15,598 nucleotides of DNA from the NCBI GenBank assembly GCA_043811375.1, contig JBDRNJ010000089.1, forward strand, positions 1 through 15,598, read 5' to 3'. The notes beneath the pieces are model-generated. The model was not told where the DNA came from. It saw only the letters and a program-made list of their open reading frames with translations, and searched no databases. Source of the DNA: a bacterium (GTDB taxonomy: Bacteria > Zixibacteria > MSB-5A5 > GN15 > FEB-12). Positions 15,299 through 15,598 of this stretch are shown piece by piece. Position 1 is the stretch's first letter. Every line of letters begins with the position of its first letter. The translations under genes were made by a program, and so were the position numbers.

Positions 15299-15598
15299 AT
15301 GTATAGCAATTATCCTTTCAGAACTCTGATATCAAGGACAATCGCAATGGTTGTGCTCTTCTTGGCTTCGCTATGCCCATACATAGTCCAAGGAGATCAA
15401 GGTAATCCGATCCCATCTAGATCCGATTTCAAAATCACAGCACGTGGCATCACCACCAACTTGAAACTATTAAGCGTCTTCGTTCTTCCTGGAGACTCCC
15501 TCTTTGTCGTAGCGGACACGAGCACCCAGAAACTGAGGGTCTTCGCGACAGCAAAGGAAGGCAAGCTTTCCAAACTGAACACGAGGTGGCTATGGATA
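15299..15598 (+). CDS. Exported protein, partial (runs off the right edge); possibly an M15/YcbK-like peptidoglycan peptidase
   Basis: ATG lies 9 bp after the ycbB stop and the frame is open for 100 codons to the window end: MYSNYPFRTLISRTIAMVVLFLASLCPYIVQG...LSVFVLPGDSL...RWLWI, with a signal-like N-terminus. The product guess rests on ycbB-ycbK synteny and a recalled N-terminal similarity; no catalytic motif is visible. Confidence 0.6.
   Translation, partial: MYSNYPFRTLISRTIAMVVLFLASLCPYIVQGDQGNPIPSRSDFKITARGITTNLKLLSVFVLPGDSLFVVADTSTQKLRVFATAKEGKLSKLNTRWLWI

Noticed and set aside
754..15582. Numerous short overlapping or antisense ORFs in the six-frame track (e.g. 2198-2686, 4031-4831, 10834-11421, 13924-14493)
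   Set aside because: They are shadows of well-supported genes and have no motifs of their own.
1..15598. CRISPR arrays, tRNA/rRNA genes, prophage or anti-phage defence genes
   Set aside because: No regularly spaced repeats, cloverleaf or rRNA signatures, or recognisable phage/defence domains seen.

Overview
Bacterial window of moderately high GC content with four parts. (1) The left end (1-141) is the 5' end of an IS5-family element: transposase start MRGTDDDQQAMFSYV on the minus strand plus its terminal inverted repeat. (2) A stand-alone GalT-family nucleotidyltransferase is divergent from a HAMP histidine kinase and an NtrC/AtoC-type sigma-54 response regulator. (3) Just downstream are tandem palindromic enhancer-like sites and a near-consensus sigma-54 promoter (4753-4768). 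They precede a ~470-nt, hairpin-dense leader carrying an 18-codon uORF, then a probable operon: MotB/OmpA-like lipoprotein, Man-1-P guanylyltransferase-like enzyme, unknown ORF, an aRF1/eRF1-like baeRF protein lacking GGQ (Balon-like hibernation factor candidate), Hsp20 and a DUF2582 wHTH. (4) A cell-envelope cluster of exported proteins follows: an uncharacterised protein, a Cys-rich FGE-sulfatase/C-type-lectin-fold protein, a phosphodiester-glycosidase-like protein, a YcbB-type L,D-transpeptidase and a truncated gene that may be an M15 peptidase. The best novelty candidates are the structured sigma-54 leader RNA with its stress/ribosome-hibernation operon, and the uncharacterised envelope module beside the L,D-transpeptidase. 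All family assignments come from motif recognition by eye; no searches or folding programs were run.
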